Source: Felis catus (Eukaryota). From it: 64,000 nucleotides of DNA. Both the position numbers and the translations under genes were made by a program. This document shows, in pieces, positions 38,280 to 51,038 of the stretch. Every line of letters begins with the position of its first letter. The stretch's first letter is position 1. The notes beneath the pieces are model-generated. The model saw nothing but the letters and a program-made list of their open reading frames with translations. It did no database searches and was not told the origin of the DNA. The stretch is taken from the NCBI RefSeq assembly GCF_018350175.1, contig NC_058368.1, forward strand, positions 95,606,001-95,670,000, written 5' to 3'.

Positions 38280-38600
38280 TAACTATGATGTACGCCTGAA
38301 ACCAGTCGGTTCCTGTATGTCATATACACTTTCATTAAAAAGATGTGATGATCCCTACAAAGGAACAAAGAGGGTTTTATAGAGAAAAACACACAAAAGT
38401 GAAATTATACCTATAGTGTGATTATAACGTTATAATAAAAGAGGAAAAATACATAGAAAAAAAAAGCGAATGTAGATGTTATTAAAAATAGTTGTCTTTC
38501 ACTAGAGGTACTCTTGATTTTTTTCCTTTCTTTTTATATTCTGTATTTTTATCAGTTCTTTACTAAAGACATACTATCCTTAGATGAAGACGTAAAATTC
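38280..38600 (+). mobile_element. Short L1 3' terminus (38280-38341) followed by an L1ME-like fragment
   Basis: tgtacgcctgaaacc...tgtatgtca...ttcattaaaaa; downstream AT-rich L1ME-like 3' end. Confidence 0.45.
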
Positions 38601-39239
38601 ATTATTTTAAAGGCCACCTTAATTTCAGAATTAAATTAGGGAGAAAAAATAATCTCTTGCTCTTTTTCTTAATTCAGGAAACACGATGTTAACTGGACAG
38701 CCTACATTTAGAATTTGGAAAATTGCTAGCTTCTGAACAACCGAAATGTTAACCTGCAAACGGGTTTTTTAAAAAAGAATACATCATTATTTTGGGTTAT
38801 TTGAAAATTTGGGAGAAATAAGAAAAACAACCATATCAGCAAATCAGCAAGGATAATGAGTTCTAGCCTAGGCTTTTCCAAGTATTTGTTTTTTGCATGT
38901 ATTCTTTATATTTTATTTGATTTGATTTGATACCTGGTTTAACAAACTGAACTTTGTAGCAAATGCTTTTCTGTTTTCTCATAAACTTTTTATAGAGACA
39001 CCTTCACTCACTAGGCAGTTAGTGTTTTGAGTCAAGTGTTTTGAGTGCCTGTGCCATAGATTATACGGCTATTATCCTATGAATATTGAACTTGTATACA
39101 TGTTTTTTTTATGTCGTAAATTATTTTTTAATACTGCAAAAAACCACACCATGCTTTGCCTTTTAAAGTATCTTTTTCTCTCCATCTCTCTTGCTCTTTA
39201 CTTCTCTGCTTCTTTCTTCACCCCCTCATTCTTTTTCTT

Positions 39240-39445
39240 TCTTTTTTATCTTAGAGATTATTTTCTTAGGCTAAGTTCTGAAGAGTGGCATTGTGGGATC
39301 AAAGGGAATTGACATTTTTTAAAGGCTCCTAGCACACACTAAATTGTTTTTTAAAAGTTGACAGATTTACATTCCTACCAGTAGCATGTAAGAGTGATCT
39401 GGAAAGTTTTTAAATTGTGAAATTGGAGATGTTTTTGCCATGTTT
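39240..39445 (-). mobile_element. L1ME-like fragment
   Basis: gagtggcattgtgggatcaaaggg...atttacattcctaccagtagcatgtaagagtg. Confidence 0.55.
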
Positions 39446-39649
39446 GTTTGTTTGTTTGCTTGTTTGTTTGTTTTCCCTTCCTGAGCATGTAATCATACTG
39501 ACTGGTTGGTACCTTGTTATAGAGAAGCCAAAGTAGACATTTTCTTTGATATAAAACCTGAAAAGCTTGTCTTTTGCGACATTTACTAATAGATGACCTA
39601 ACCCAACAGCTTTGACAAATAATGACAGTTTCCTTTTGGAGATGTTTCT

Positions 39650-39676
39650 TTAAAAATATTTTTAAACGTTTCTTTA

Positions 39677-39764
<88 letters not shown>

Positions 39765-39948
39765 CAAGAGGTAGAGAGTCAGAGCACAGGACAGAAGGGT
39801 CAGAGAGAGGGAGCCATGGAATCTGAAGCGGGCTCCAGGCTCTGAGCTTTCAGCACAGAGCCCTACACGGGGCTCAAACCCATGAACTGAGAGATCATAA
39901 CCTGAGCCAAAGTCTGACATTTAACCGACTGAGCCACCCAGGCGCCCC
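39650..39948 (-). mobile_element. SINEC_Fc with expanded (TG)n(AG)n microsatellite
   Basis: TSD tgga(g/a)a(t/c)gtttct at 39637-39649 and 39949-39961; compound repeat 39679-39750. Confidence 0.96.
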
Positions 39949-40544
39949 TGGAAACGTTTCTGATAGCAAATTAAGGCAGCCAGATTTTCATGGCACATTA
40001 AATATCAGATCAGAGTGCACATGCATGCTGTAAATTGAGGGTATGTTTTAAGGTCAAAGTGGTAGCCCAGCTAAATTTTATATAGCTGTAACCATCCCGC
40101 AAGTTTAGGACAGACAGCACTTTAGTTGCATGGTACCAGCAGACAAATTTGAATAGATCTGAACCAAATACCATGAGAATTGTTTAATTCTTAGTCCCTG
40201 TGATGAATGGAGATTATATCCATTTTTTGTTTTGTCTTCTAAGACCACACAATCCAAGTTGTCTTAATTCTCCGAAATGTTGAGGACGGTTTCCTCTCCT
40301 CGTGAAAATTCCTGGTGTGGTTGTTTTCCTGGTATCAGCCATCATTCTGTGGCATGACAACAGCTCATGTTCCAGGGGCTGATGCACTCCAATCTCTCTC
40401 CTTCTCTGTTAACTGTGAGGTCAACAGTTAAGTTCGTCCTGCCCCAGACTTGATGTCAGATAGCGGTGGTTTTAACAGTTGAGTTTGGCTTTGGGTGGTT
40501 TGGGGTGGGCGTTCCTGTGGATGGATCTTCCAGTGCATGCTTAT

Positions 40545-40690
40545 GCTTATGACCTTATAAAAGAGGAAGCTAAACCTGACAGGCATCAAGTGACTCGCCA
40601 GGTCACAAAATAGAGTCAAGCGCAGTGTCCAAATAAGGTAGGCCTTCTGGCTACGAATACAACTTCTTTTCCCTCTACCATAAATGGAGA
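40545..40690 (-). mobile_element. MIR fragment
   Basis: gaggaagctaa...aagtgactcgccaggtcaca. Confidence 0.5.
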
Positions 40691-40774
40691 TACGCCAGTA
40701 GTTTTTCTTGGATAAATTCATTCTAATCCAGTAGGACATGTTCAACAGAGTCGGTCAACGTTAAGGAATAGGGG

Positions 40775-40985
40775 AGTTTGTGTACTATTTAAGGACGTGA
40801 GCTTTGCTGTCAGAGTTGTATTTGAGTTTCACTACCTAGCCTGATAACCTTGGGCAAATGACTGAACCGCTCAAAGCAAGGGTTCCATCTGTAAAAAAAC
40901 AGCGTAAAGTAAGATCGTATGTATGAAGGTGTAAAACACTGTTTGGCACGTAGCGTGTACTCGCTAAATGATTTTATTTTTATGT
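40775..40985 (+). mobile_element. MIR fragment
   Basis: accttgggcaaatgactgaacc...catctgtaaaa...tggcacgtag. Confidence 0.65.
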
Positions 40986-41173
40986 TAAGTTTCTTACTTA
41001 AATTATATTTTTTACTCATTTCTACAAGAGTAATCCAAAACTAGTTTACATAAATATTGTTACTGTAGGCAGATGATATTAATGTCTTACATATTACATC
41101 ATACTTAAGACTATCACGGCATTCTAAAAACTAATAGCCCTAGATTTTATTTCCTACTAAAATTAGAAAGTAT

Positions 41174-41420
41174 GGGGCATCTGGGTGGCTCATTCAGTTG
41201 GGCGTCTGACTCTTGATTTCATTGCAGGTCATGGTCTCAGGGTTGTGGGATCGAGCCTAGCAATGGGCTCCATGCTGAGGGAGGGGCCTGCTTGAGATTC
41301 TCTCTCTTTTCCTTCTGCTCCTCTCCCCTGCTCATGTGCATGCGTTCGCACTCTCTATCGCTCAAAAAAATTAAAAAAAATAAGAATAAATGAATGAATA
41401 AATAAATAAATGAATAAATA
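41174..41420 (+). mobile_element. Carnivore SINE (short type)
   Basis: ggggcatctgggtggctc...ctcttgatttc; (AAAT/GAAT)n tail. Confidence 0.93.
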
Positions 41421-41499
41421 TAGTATAAAGGTAAACAGAAATTTTCTAACTTAGGAGTGTCTTCAAGTGTTTAGGTCAGAGCCACATGTAGACGTTAAT

Positions 41500-41589
41500 T
41501 AAAAAAAAATTTTTTTTAATGTTAATTTATTTTTGAGAGAGGCAGAGACAGAATGCGAATGGGTTAGGGGCAGAGAGAGAGGGAGACAC
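41500..41589 (-). mobile_element. SINEC_Fc 3' fragment
   Basis: T tail plus ggggcagagagagagggagacac, then an abrupt end; no TSD found. Confidence 0.85.
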
Positions 41590-42524
41590 TATTTCAACTA
41601 TTTACTGGAATTCAGAGCTAATCAATACAAGGAGTAGCAGGTTTTCTACCATTTCTTCATGCATGTGATGTTTCAAGGGAAGGAGGGGATAGAGGTCAAG
41701 TACTTCTAAAATCCAAGGATTATATACTTGGAGACCTAAAAATCTTCCTGCTCCCAGTCTTTTAGTCCATTAATTATAGGTGATGAACTTTACAAAGAAT
41801 TAAGCCAATTAGCTCTGATGGTGCCAATCTAAAAAGCTTTAGAGAGTAGCTGTGAGCTTGAGAAGAATTTAGAAAACACTTGAATCAATTCTCAGATTAT
41901 CTAAGATTTTATTTTTTTTTTTATTTCCTTAGGCCACATGAGACACTGTATTGAAAACACTTTTTGTTTCTTCAAGTCCTTCTTCTTCTGTGGCTGCATA
42001 CTGAACCCCCAAAGAAAGAATTTTCTGTTTATTGTGTTCAAATAGTTTCCTGGGCAAAGGTCATAAAGTAATAAATTGAGAATTTAACTTCTAGTGGACT
42101 AAAAACTAAGGAAATGAATTTCTATGTCTATTACCATAAATCGACATAGGTGCTGGCCATGGAGTCTAAAACACATGACCACTTTCCATGTCACCTGTCA
42201 AACACAGATTGTTCACAGGTGGCTGGAGTGAATATTTGGCTCTTAGATTAATAAGTAATCAGGGTTTCAGGGTTTTTTGTTTTTTGTTTTTTTTTCTTCC
42301 CAAGACAACTTACTCCCACGAGATAGTATTTGGCTCCTCTGTAGGTTTTTTGAAGGTGATCAAATGACACTTTGGTACATAATTTTAAACAAGTCTCTTA
42401 GTGAAAGTTTTGCAAGTCTTTGGCAATAGTTCCCGTGTCATGATAGTTATTTTCTGTCCTACATCACTCAAAATGGAGAAATAAAATCAGATATAGTTTA
42501 TATTCTAAGGACTGTTCCTGATTG

Positions 42525-42778
42525 CAGTGTTTCTTACAAGTGCCAGAAATGAGAATCACCTGGAACCTTTCCTAAAAAAAACAAAAAAAAACCCCAAAAA
42601 ACAAATTCTTCTTCCACTCTAGATTCAGAATTATTCTTTTTTTTTAAGTTTGTTTTTGTTTTTTTGTTTTTTTTTGTTTTTTTTTACAGGATTATCAATT
42701 TGTGAATGGGACCAAGAAACTGAACTTTCACAAGGCAGCTCAGGGATTACTTCGACTGGATGAGTTTGAGTCATCAAA
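42525..42778. mobile_element. hAT-Charlie MER5-like element with A- and T-rich expansions
   Basis: cagtgtttct...agaatcacctgg...gggaccaagaaactg...agtttgag. Confidence 0.55.
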
Positions 42779-43364
42779 CTTGTCTTCAGTTGACAGGCAA
42801 TAAGGTCTAAGAGGTGGATAGTTGCTGAAAGTCAGACACTTAACTTTCTACATCACAAGAGACGCCCCTGATCCCTTGAGCTCAGACATAAGCTCATGCT
42901 AATTTTGATGATGGTGACCGCTATCGTACATAAAACTGTGTGCTTAAGGGGCCACTGCACAACTGTGAAGCTTAAGGAAACCGACAAAAATGTGTTAGCA
43001 CCTCATTCTTGAGTAAGAAAACCCAGCAAGCTCTATAGCAATTCCTGTCAAAGACACCTGGAGTGCTTACTCTGAGAAAACTCCTATTCTTTCTTTTCAC
43101 ATATATCTGTGTGCAAAAGAAGCTTGGATTTCACTCAGCTTCTCCTTAAGAAACTAAAGCAGTAGAGATCAGAATTTGGAAATTCCTTAACCGATGGAAC
43201 CGCAGAGTGAGACTATGAAATGGTAATGTGAGCTGGTGAGAATAGGAGAAAGGGTTGTAGACATTTCTGCTCATAAATACTTGGGGGTTAGATTAGATTA
43301 ATGTTACAGTTGATCAAAGATGACACTTTTTCTTAACTTGCCTTAAGAACAGACATTCACTTTC

Positions 43365-43597
43365 GGGACACCTGGGTGGCTCAGTCGGTTGAGTGTCCGA
43401 CTTCGGCTCAGGTCATGATCTCCCTGTTCGTGAGTTCAAGCCCCTCGTTGGGCTCTGTGCTGACAGCTTAGATCCTGGAGCCTGCTTCGGATTCTGTGTC
43501 TCCCTCTTTCTCTGCCCCTCCCCTGCTCGCACTTTGTCTCTGTCTCTGTCTCTCTCTCTCACTCTGTCTCAAAAGTAAATAAACTTTAAAAACATGA
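43365..43597 (+). mobile_element. SINEC_Fc
   Basis: TSD taagaacagacattcacttt / taagaacggatgttcagttt at 43344-43363 and 43598-43617. Confidence 0.96.
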
Positions 43598-43977
43598 TAA
43601 GAACGGATGTTCAGTTTTGTTACATTTCTTTCGTTTTTGTTCCATTCGAATTGTATCACAATTCATCTTTCATCCTTACTTCTCTCCTATTTGTCTTTTT
43701 TTTTTCTCGGCTATATTTCTTACCCTTCTACACTTTCCTCATACTTTCTCATGTAGGCTATTCTTGCCATATGTTCCCTTACTCACTTTTGTTTGTTGAG
43801 TTGACACAGCCATATTGGCACCAACCTGCTAACCAGTCAGAGATCGCCTTCCGTTCTGAAGACGGTTCACTGTTCATAGGAACGTGGTTGTAAAAACTCT
43901 TGAGGGAACCTGACTTTGAAGATGCTTTCTGTCAATTTTGTTCTGTAGAGTTGGCGTTATCAAATGGATGTTTAAAA

Positions 43978-44852
43978 AAGTTTTAATTTAAATTCTAGTT
44001 AGTGAACATACAGTGTACTGTTTAGGTGTACAATTGACTGGTTTAACACTTACCTGCAACCATGGTTGCTCATCATGATTAGGGCCCTCCTTAATCCCCA
44101 TCACCTATTTATCCCATCTTCCCTTCTACCTCTCCTCTGGTAGCCATCATTTTGTTCTCTGTGGTTAAGAGTCTATGTCGTGGGGTGCCTGGACGGCTCA
44201 GTCAGTTGAGCATCTAACTCTTGATTTCAGCTCAGGTCATGATCTCAGGGTTTGTGAGGTCAAGCCCCGCATTGGACTCTGCACTGACAGCATGGAGACT
44301 GCTTGGGATTCTCTCTCCCTCTCTCTCTCTGACTCTCCCTTAGTCTCTCTCTCTCTTTCAAAAATAAACTTGTTTTCTTTTTAAAGAGTCTGTTTCTTGG
44401 TTTTCCTCTGTTTCCCCCATATATTCGTTTATTTTGTTTCTTAAATTCCACATATGAGTTAGATCATATGATATTTGTTTTCTCTGACTTACTTTGCTTA
44501 GCATTCTACTCTCTAGCTCCATTCACATCATTGGAAATTTCAAGATTTCATTCTTTTTTATGGCTGAGTAATACTCTATTGTGTGTGTTTGTGTATATCT
44601 ATATCTCTATGTGTTTGTTCTCTCTCTCTCTCATATAAATACACACACAGACACCCATCACATCTTCTTTATCCATTCATGAGTCGACAGGAGGACACTT
44701 GGACTGTTTCTGTAATTTGGCTCTTGTAGATCATGCTGCTGTAAACAGCAGTGTGCATGTCTCCTTTTGAATTAGTATTTTTCTATCCTTTGGGTAAATA
44801 CCTAGTGGTGCCATTGCTGGATCATAGGGTAGTTCTATTTTTAACTTTTTAT
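43978..44852 (-). mobile_element. 5'-truncated carnivore L1 3' end, interrupted by a SINE
   Basis: aattctagttagtgaacatacagtg...ttaaattccacatatgag...gggtaaatacctagtggtgccattgctggatcatagggtagttctattttt. Confidence 0.9.
44182..44383 (+). mobile_element. Carnivore SINE (short type) inside L1
   Basis: ggggtgcctggacggctcag; TSD core aagagtct. Confidence 0.93.
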
Positions 44853-46915
44853 TGAATGGGTTGAATGGAGCTATTGCAGCTTTCCTTTTATCTCCTCCAA
44901 GTTCACGTCTGGGTCATCCCAGTGGACTTCTCCTCTTAGAACCTAGTCATCGTGGGCTTTGTGTCCTCCTCAGAGGCTGCTTTATTCTTGGTGGATGGGA
45001 GTGGATGGTGGGTGGTCCAGACGTATTTTGGCACTTAAATTCCCATCCCCAAACTTTCCGGTGTCCGGGCAGTAACTCTGTCATCACTCACCTCTCTCTT
45101 TCCTCAGCCTCTTATTTTTCAGATACACATTAAAAAATAGCCTTTTATGGAAGAACTAGATAATCCTTTTAAAACTAAATGCTAAGCCATCTTTTGCCGT
45201 TGATACCTTGCTTGTGGATGGAGTTTTGTGTCTAATGTCATGTCTCCTCCTCCCCACCCTCCCCCCACCTCCAACCAGCACCGGGCTTTTCAGTGTTGAA
45301 ATTAAAAAAAAATGTAGATATACGTTAGGCTATTACCTGAATTGATTTAATTTCTTCATCATAGGCTTGAAGTGCTCTCCCTTATTATGTAAAAAAAATA
45401 AACTAATCCATCTGTCCTATGGAGGAAAGAAAATATTTGTGAGGAAAGCAGATAGTTGTAAAACAGAGCACAAATGAGCCACAAACTTGAGAGATCATCT
45501 ATAAGGAAACCTGATAGGACCCCAGTTGGGATTGCTTTCACAGGGGAAGAACAAAAAGGAAAGTTTTTAACAGTGTCTAATTCATTGGTGAAAACATGGC
45601 TAGAAAACAAATAAAAAAAAATAATTCCAGGAAACTAGATGGTATGGAAGGGATGGAAATAGTCGACAGACAGCAACTGAAGATTTCAACTTAAGGTTAA
45701 AATACGACATAGGCTTGAACTGAACCTTCAAAGTTTCAGAGCCAGAATATTGGAGAGTCTTCGAGGTTTCAGTTAGCTGCTCTTAGTTAAAATCTGAGAG
45801 CCTGGATGAACCCAAATTGTTCGCATGGATCATAAAGTACTTTATCGATGAATGGTCTGATTGGCTACAAGACTAGGCCATGTTCACAGTTGTATTTTTA
45901 GCCTATTGATCGTTTTTTGGTAAGTCTTCAGGTTCAAAGAGGTGAGTTACAGAGGGCCATAAACTTACCCAGCTGTTCTGAGAAATGTTTTATGTTTAGT
46001 GGGTGTTTGTTTCTTTAATCATCTAGAAAAAGTTGTCATCATACCAGGTCAACCAGCTTTTCTTTGTCTTTGTTATGACTGACTATTGAATTGTTGAAGA
46101 GCGCAAGCTCAAAGTGTTTATTTTTATTATTCGGTGAGCAGTGCTGCAGTGTAGCATCTAAAAAAAAACACTTATCCATTTAACATAGCCTAGTGTGCCA
46201 ATTTTACTACTGACTTTTCATCTTGCAGACTGCTTCATGTTTGGCCTCTAGATTCCACTCTACAAAAGTACACTTCTTTTCGTTCTCACCCTTAATCATA
46301 TGTGGGATGAAGGAGCCTTTGCTGTGACATCTTCTAGAACAAAGATTCCTCAAAGCTCTTATTTTCACTACTCACAAACTGCGGGCTCCCTCTCTGTTCT
46401 CTTTCTCCCAATCTTTCCTTTATCTTCGTCTAAATCAGACTTTGGTTGTCTCGAATACCTTTTCAACTTGAAATTCAGCAAGAGCTGTATCTTAAAGGGA
46501 GGATAAAATATATCATGTGTTACCCATTAGTAAAATGAGTGCCTCAGATCTCAACGATGTTGGGTCATTTGCAACGTAGGACCGTAAATTTCTGGAGTTA
46601 GCATTCATATTTTCCCTATCTTGAAACACCGAGGTTAGGTAAAAAGTAGAATAATTAAATTAAAAACTCTTTAGAGGAAGGGAAGAAAAAAAAAACCCAC
46701 CACAGAATGCTGTCATCAATGAAACCATAAAACTGTAAGGAGCAAAGACTATAGCGAGGTCAAGGGAAATGGAGCATGGGTCATGGAGAGAAAATTCCCC
46801 CAAGAATCGTATTTCAGACAACTGCTGTTGGAATAAAACCGCTTCTGGGCCCATGCTTAAACTTAATCTGTAGTTACTGTTGCATATAAGATCAGTATGA
46901 AGGTGGTCCTAGCAT

Positions 46916-46960
46916 ATAATAATGATAATAGTAATAATAATAATAACAATAATACTATTA
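46916..46960. repeat. (TAA)n degenerate microsatellite
   Basis: Directly visible. Confidence 0.9.
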
Positions 46961-49900
46961 TCTCCATTATGTAGAATTTAAAATTTTGAGACCCTTCTCT
47001 GTCCGTTAATCCTATGATGTCAGATCTGTCAACAATGCTCAGGCAAATACTGTGATGATCCTTCCATGTTCCTCTTAGGGTGATGTTTCTCTTTGTTTTC
47101 TCATTTTGCACAGAGGGAAGCCAAGTCACTGTCACATGAAAAGCAGCTGGAAGGAGAAGCTTGTCAGATGAGTACTTGCCTCCCTGGCACTGTCCAAATG
47201 TGCAGGGACCCCCCCAAGCCCCGTGTCTTCCTGAGGTACATTCTGTCTGTCCGAGTCCTACTAATTGACATGATCTTGCCAGATGTTCTGGTCTGTCTGG
47301 TGGCAGAGTTTCATGGGGGGAATTTGTAATAGGACGGTTGCCCAAATGGTTATTATTCTGTTGCTTTGCTGGCCTCAGAGGGGTATTATACACAGAGGGA
47401 TCATTACCCACAATACAGTGTGGGGGAGAATGAATCTGAGAGCCCCTGGAAAGGAATGCGGCGTGAAAACAAGGTCAGGGCCTCCCGTTGCCTTCTGACT
47501 TGTAATCGCCGTTCGGTGGCTTCCAGACAGCTGCAGGAGGCCCCGGTAGCATGACTGTGTGGCTGTGACATGTGTGAGTAAATGCTGGCTTCATTCTGTG
47601 CCTGAGATGTGTGCTCCCTCCACACCCACGGAAGGCTGTGCTTTTGTGGGACGCGGGCAATTTTGGAAGGTTGGCTTTTGTGCTTTGTAACTTTAGAAAA
47701 AGCTACTGATAGAGCTGACGCTTTTTTGGATTCTCCTAGAACCCCGTCCGTACAGTAAGATTATTTCTGAACCTTCTTCACTACTAACTGAAATAAACAC
47801 ACATAATGAGAATTTGGCGTCAGGGAAATGTTCAGAAATGGCATTGTGTTTTTAAGGGGTGGAAGGAAAGCTCAAAAGTCTCAAACAACTGGAAATCACC
47901 CAGCTGCCTTTTTGAATCTGCTTAGTGGATTCAGTTACGGGTTCTACAAACATCTACGTTGTGAAGCATTTGTCTGCTTTGAGTAATGTCAAAATTAGCC
48001 GAATCAATAAATAAAGCTCTTACACAGTATGTACAAAGTGGGTCATAATTATAAAGTTATTCAAGATCATGTTAGGGAATTTATAAAAGGATTAATTGAA
48101 AGAATCGGAAAAATGTTGACTCTGACTCCTATTTCTTATTCCACTTCCCATTGTTAAACGTTTTGACCCAATAGTGTAATTCCTTCAATTCATTGTGTGT
48201 GTGTGTATTTTAAGCTTGATATTATGGTGTATATTAATGGTGAGTCTGCCAAAATCTTCTATGTCTCTGAATGTCACCTTTCCACCCTGAAAAGTGACAA
48301 CACTGTACCCACTTTACTGACTTTTCCTGAGGATTCGAGAGTAATACACTGTGTCTTGTAGAAGTAGAAGTTGTGTGGGGACAAATACAAGGTGTATTGT
48401 TTCTCCATTCTCTACTCCCGCCTGTGCTAGGCTGAATCTTTGTCTCCTTAACATTTGAGGCCTTTTTTATTCCTCTGTGGCTAGTTTCCTCTAAAAATGT
48501 CAGGATAGTTCATTTTAAAACTTCAGTGAAAACTTCAGGTCTTGGAAAATGATGAGGGGTGGTTTGCACTTTTATTAGTCCAGTGTGGCAGCAGGGAGAA
48601 AGGATTAGGGCAAAAACCAACTAGTACCTATTTTGGCTTTGGAGTGTCCTTCTCAGGCTCTTTCCCTGGCTAAAACCAGTTGACCACCATCACTGTCCTC
48701 ATTGTGACAGCCAAATATTTGCCTTCTCAGCAGGTTCTCCTGCATGGTTTTCGCTGCGTCTACAGGATTTTACCACCCCCCAGTTCTTCTGACTCCATGT
48801 TTCACTTCTGTCCCTTTCAGCTCCCACCCATGGCTGACTCTTGAGAGTTTGTTGTTACTGGGATTTTCTTGCCTGATGACCAAAACTCTTGGCAACATTG
48901 GAGGGGGTGGATGTGGGTGAGATTCTAGCCAGATAGTTCTGGAATGTTCCTTGGTCCCCCCACTAATGGTCTTGGCTGCTCCTCTGGTGGATAGCTGTGT
49001 CACACAAACTTGCCAAGGTGTGGCCTATACGATTGTGTAAATGAGAGAGAATTCTTACCTTTGTTTGCAATGGAAACATCCCAAGGAAGACAAACTAAAA
49101 ATGTTGGGGACTTGGAATCTATCAAATGTGACTTTCAGCTCTGGTCCTTATGCTTCCTGCTTTCTAGGTATGTGATCTTTGGTATATTGGACAAACTCTC
49201 TGGCAATCATGTGAATCGTGTGAATAAGAAAGGTCAAAGGATTGACATGAGAATTAAATGAAACATGGTATTCCAATAAAGGTCTCTAGCTCTCTTCTTT
49301 TACCTACTTGTTCGTTTTACAAGAAGGTGTGCAATGTGTGCTTTTCCTTTTTCTTTTCTCTCTTCTTTTTTGTTTTCTTTCTCTTTCCTTGTGTTTCTCT
49401 CCTTCCCTCCTTCCCCTTCCTTTGTTCCATTGTTGGGGAGTAGAAGCAGAAAGCTGTCTAGGTATATGGGTGCATGAAATGAATGCGGGATGCCAGGAGG
49501 GGAGTGAGGGTACCATTGTGCTTTAATAGCCAATCACCTACCCTCGATGGGCCCCAAACACAAAAATTCCCATGCCTTCACTGGAGTCAGGAGCCTTGTG
49601 AGTTTGTTTGGACAGATTGTGATGATTGGAGAGGTGCACAGGAAAAGGAGGTCGGTCCCATTTAATCTATAGAGGATAGAGTTTCAAGATAAAAGGACAG
49701 GATGGCATACACTACAAATTGATTTCAAATGACAGGAATATAAAATCCATGCGAATAAATTCATAGATAGTCATATACAGTTTTCAAATAACTCTTAACG
49801 AAGTTTGCCATTTCCCTGGGTACAGACAATTCAGAACCGTATGTTCAATCACTTTAATATTTATAAGAAATAGGTGTGGAAGGAAGTTAGAAAATACAGA

Positions 49901-50823
49901 GGGAGAATTGAATCCCCAGTTTTCCTCGAAACACATTAAGCCTTGGATTAACTGCCTCCAAAATCCATTTTTGATAGAAAAACCGAGGCTGAAAGTTTTT
50001 CCAAGTTGCCACAATAATGGTACCGGCAATAAACTTGAGCGTTGTTTTTCCCTCAGGGAAGATTATGCTGAGTGCGTTTGATAGAATTTTATATGGAGAA
50101 ATAGGGAAGCAAGGGAAGCCACGGGGGAAGGGGCGATGAGCAGCAGAGAGAATGAAAACATAGCAGAAGCATTAAAGCTTTAACTTCAATACAAATGATT
50201 TTCAGACTGTTGGAGAATACAAGGGTGATAGTCATAATTGCCCAGCTGTTGTTTGCAGACTACAGCAGCTGCACAGAAGTGCCTACACAGATATGGAATT
50301 TTATTGTCTTTTCTGCAATTCTTATGTGACTCTGGGTAGTGGGGGATATTATTTCACCCTTGAATGGAGGGAGGAAAGACCATGTTTTCCTGAAAGGTTT
50401 AGACAAACCAAGGAAGCGTGAGAATTCAACCCCTTCTCCACGTCCTTTTGTTGAAATGTGGATTCAAGGTGCAGTTAATTACACCTGTCTCATTAACACC
50501 ATTGAGAATACTCCATCCCTGCATTTTTTAAATGGCCTTAAGTTGCATAGATAGTGGGGGGAAAAAAACAAACCCAAAAAAACCAGTTGTGAGTCCTTAT
50601 TTTTCCCTCCAGTGACCTCGCAATGATTAGGTCATTATGGAATGAATGACCTTTAAGATAATTTTGAATTTTAATAAAACTTAAGATTTTTCTCCTGTGT
50701 TTGACGTAAACAGTGCTTTCTTTCCTGTAGTGTTAAAAATAGGTGTTTTTAACTAATGTGAAAAACTAGTAGTGTTAAACATTAAGAGGTAGTAAAGGAA
50801 TGCTTTAATTAAAAAGGAATTCA

Positions 50824-51038
50824 GGGGCGCCTGGGTGGCTCAGTCGGTTGGGCGGCCGACTTCGGCTCAGGTCATGATCTCGTGGTCCGTGAGTTCGGGC
50901 CCCGTGTCGGGCTCTGTGCTGACAGCTCAGAGCTTGGAGCCTGTTTCAGATTCTGTGTCTCCCTCTCTCTGACCCTCCCCTGTTCATGCTCTGTCTCTCT
51001 CTATCTCAAAAATAAATAAAAGTTAAAAAAAAATAAAA
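50824..51038 (+). mobile_element. Young SINEC_Fc
   Basis: CpG-rich; perfect TSD aaaaaggaattca at 50811-50823 and 51039-51051. Confidence 0.97.

Noticed and set aside
39021..39046. 12-bp direct repeat agtgttttgagt
   Set aside because: Only two copies; an ordinary slippage duplication
39375..39920. 181-aa ORF
   Set aside because: Starts in a SINE and runs through microsatellites and an L1ME fragment
45787..45876. Protein-looking frame LKSESLDEPKLFAWIIKYFIDEWSDWLQD near a gtaagt donor
   Set aside because: Bounded by stops, not in frame with the donor, no recognisable homology
46863..47411. 182-aa ORF, the longest in the window
   Set aside because: The poly-Leu part comes from the (TAA)n repeat; no domain resemblance; length compatible with chance
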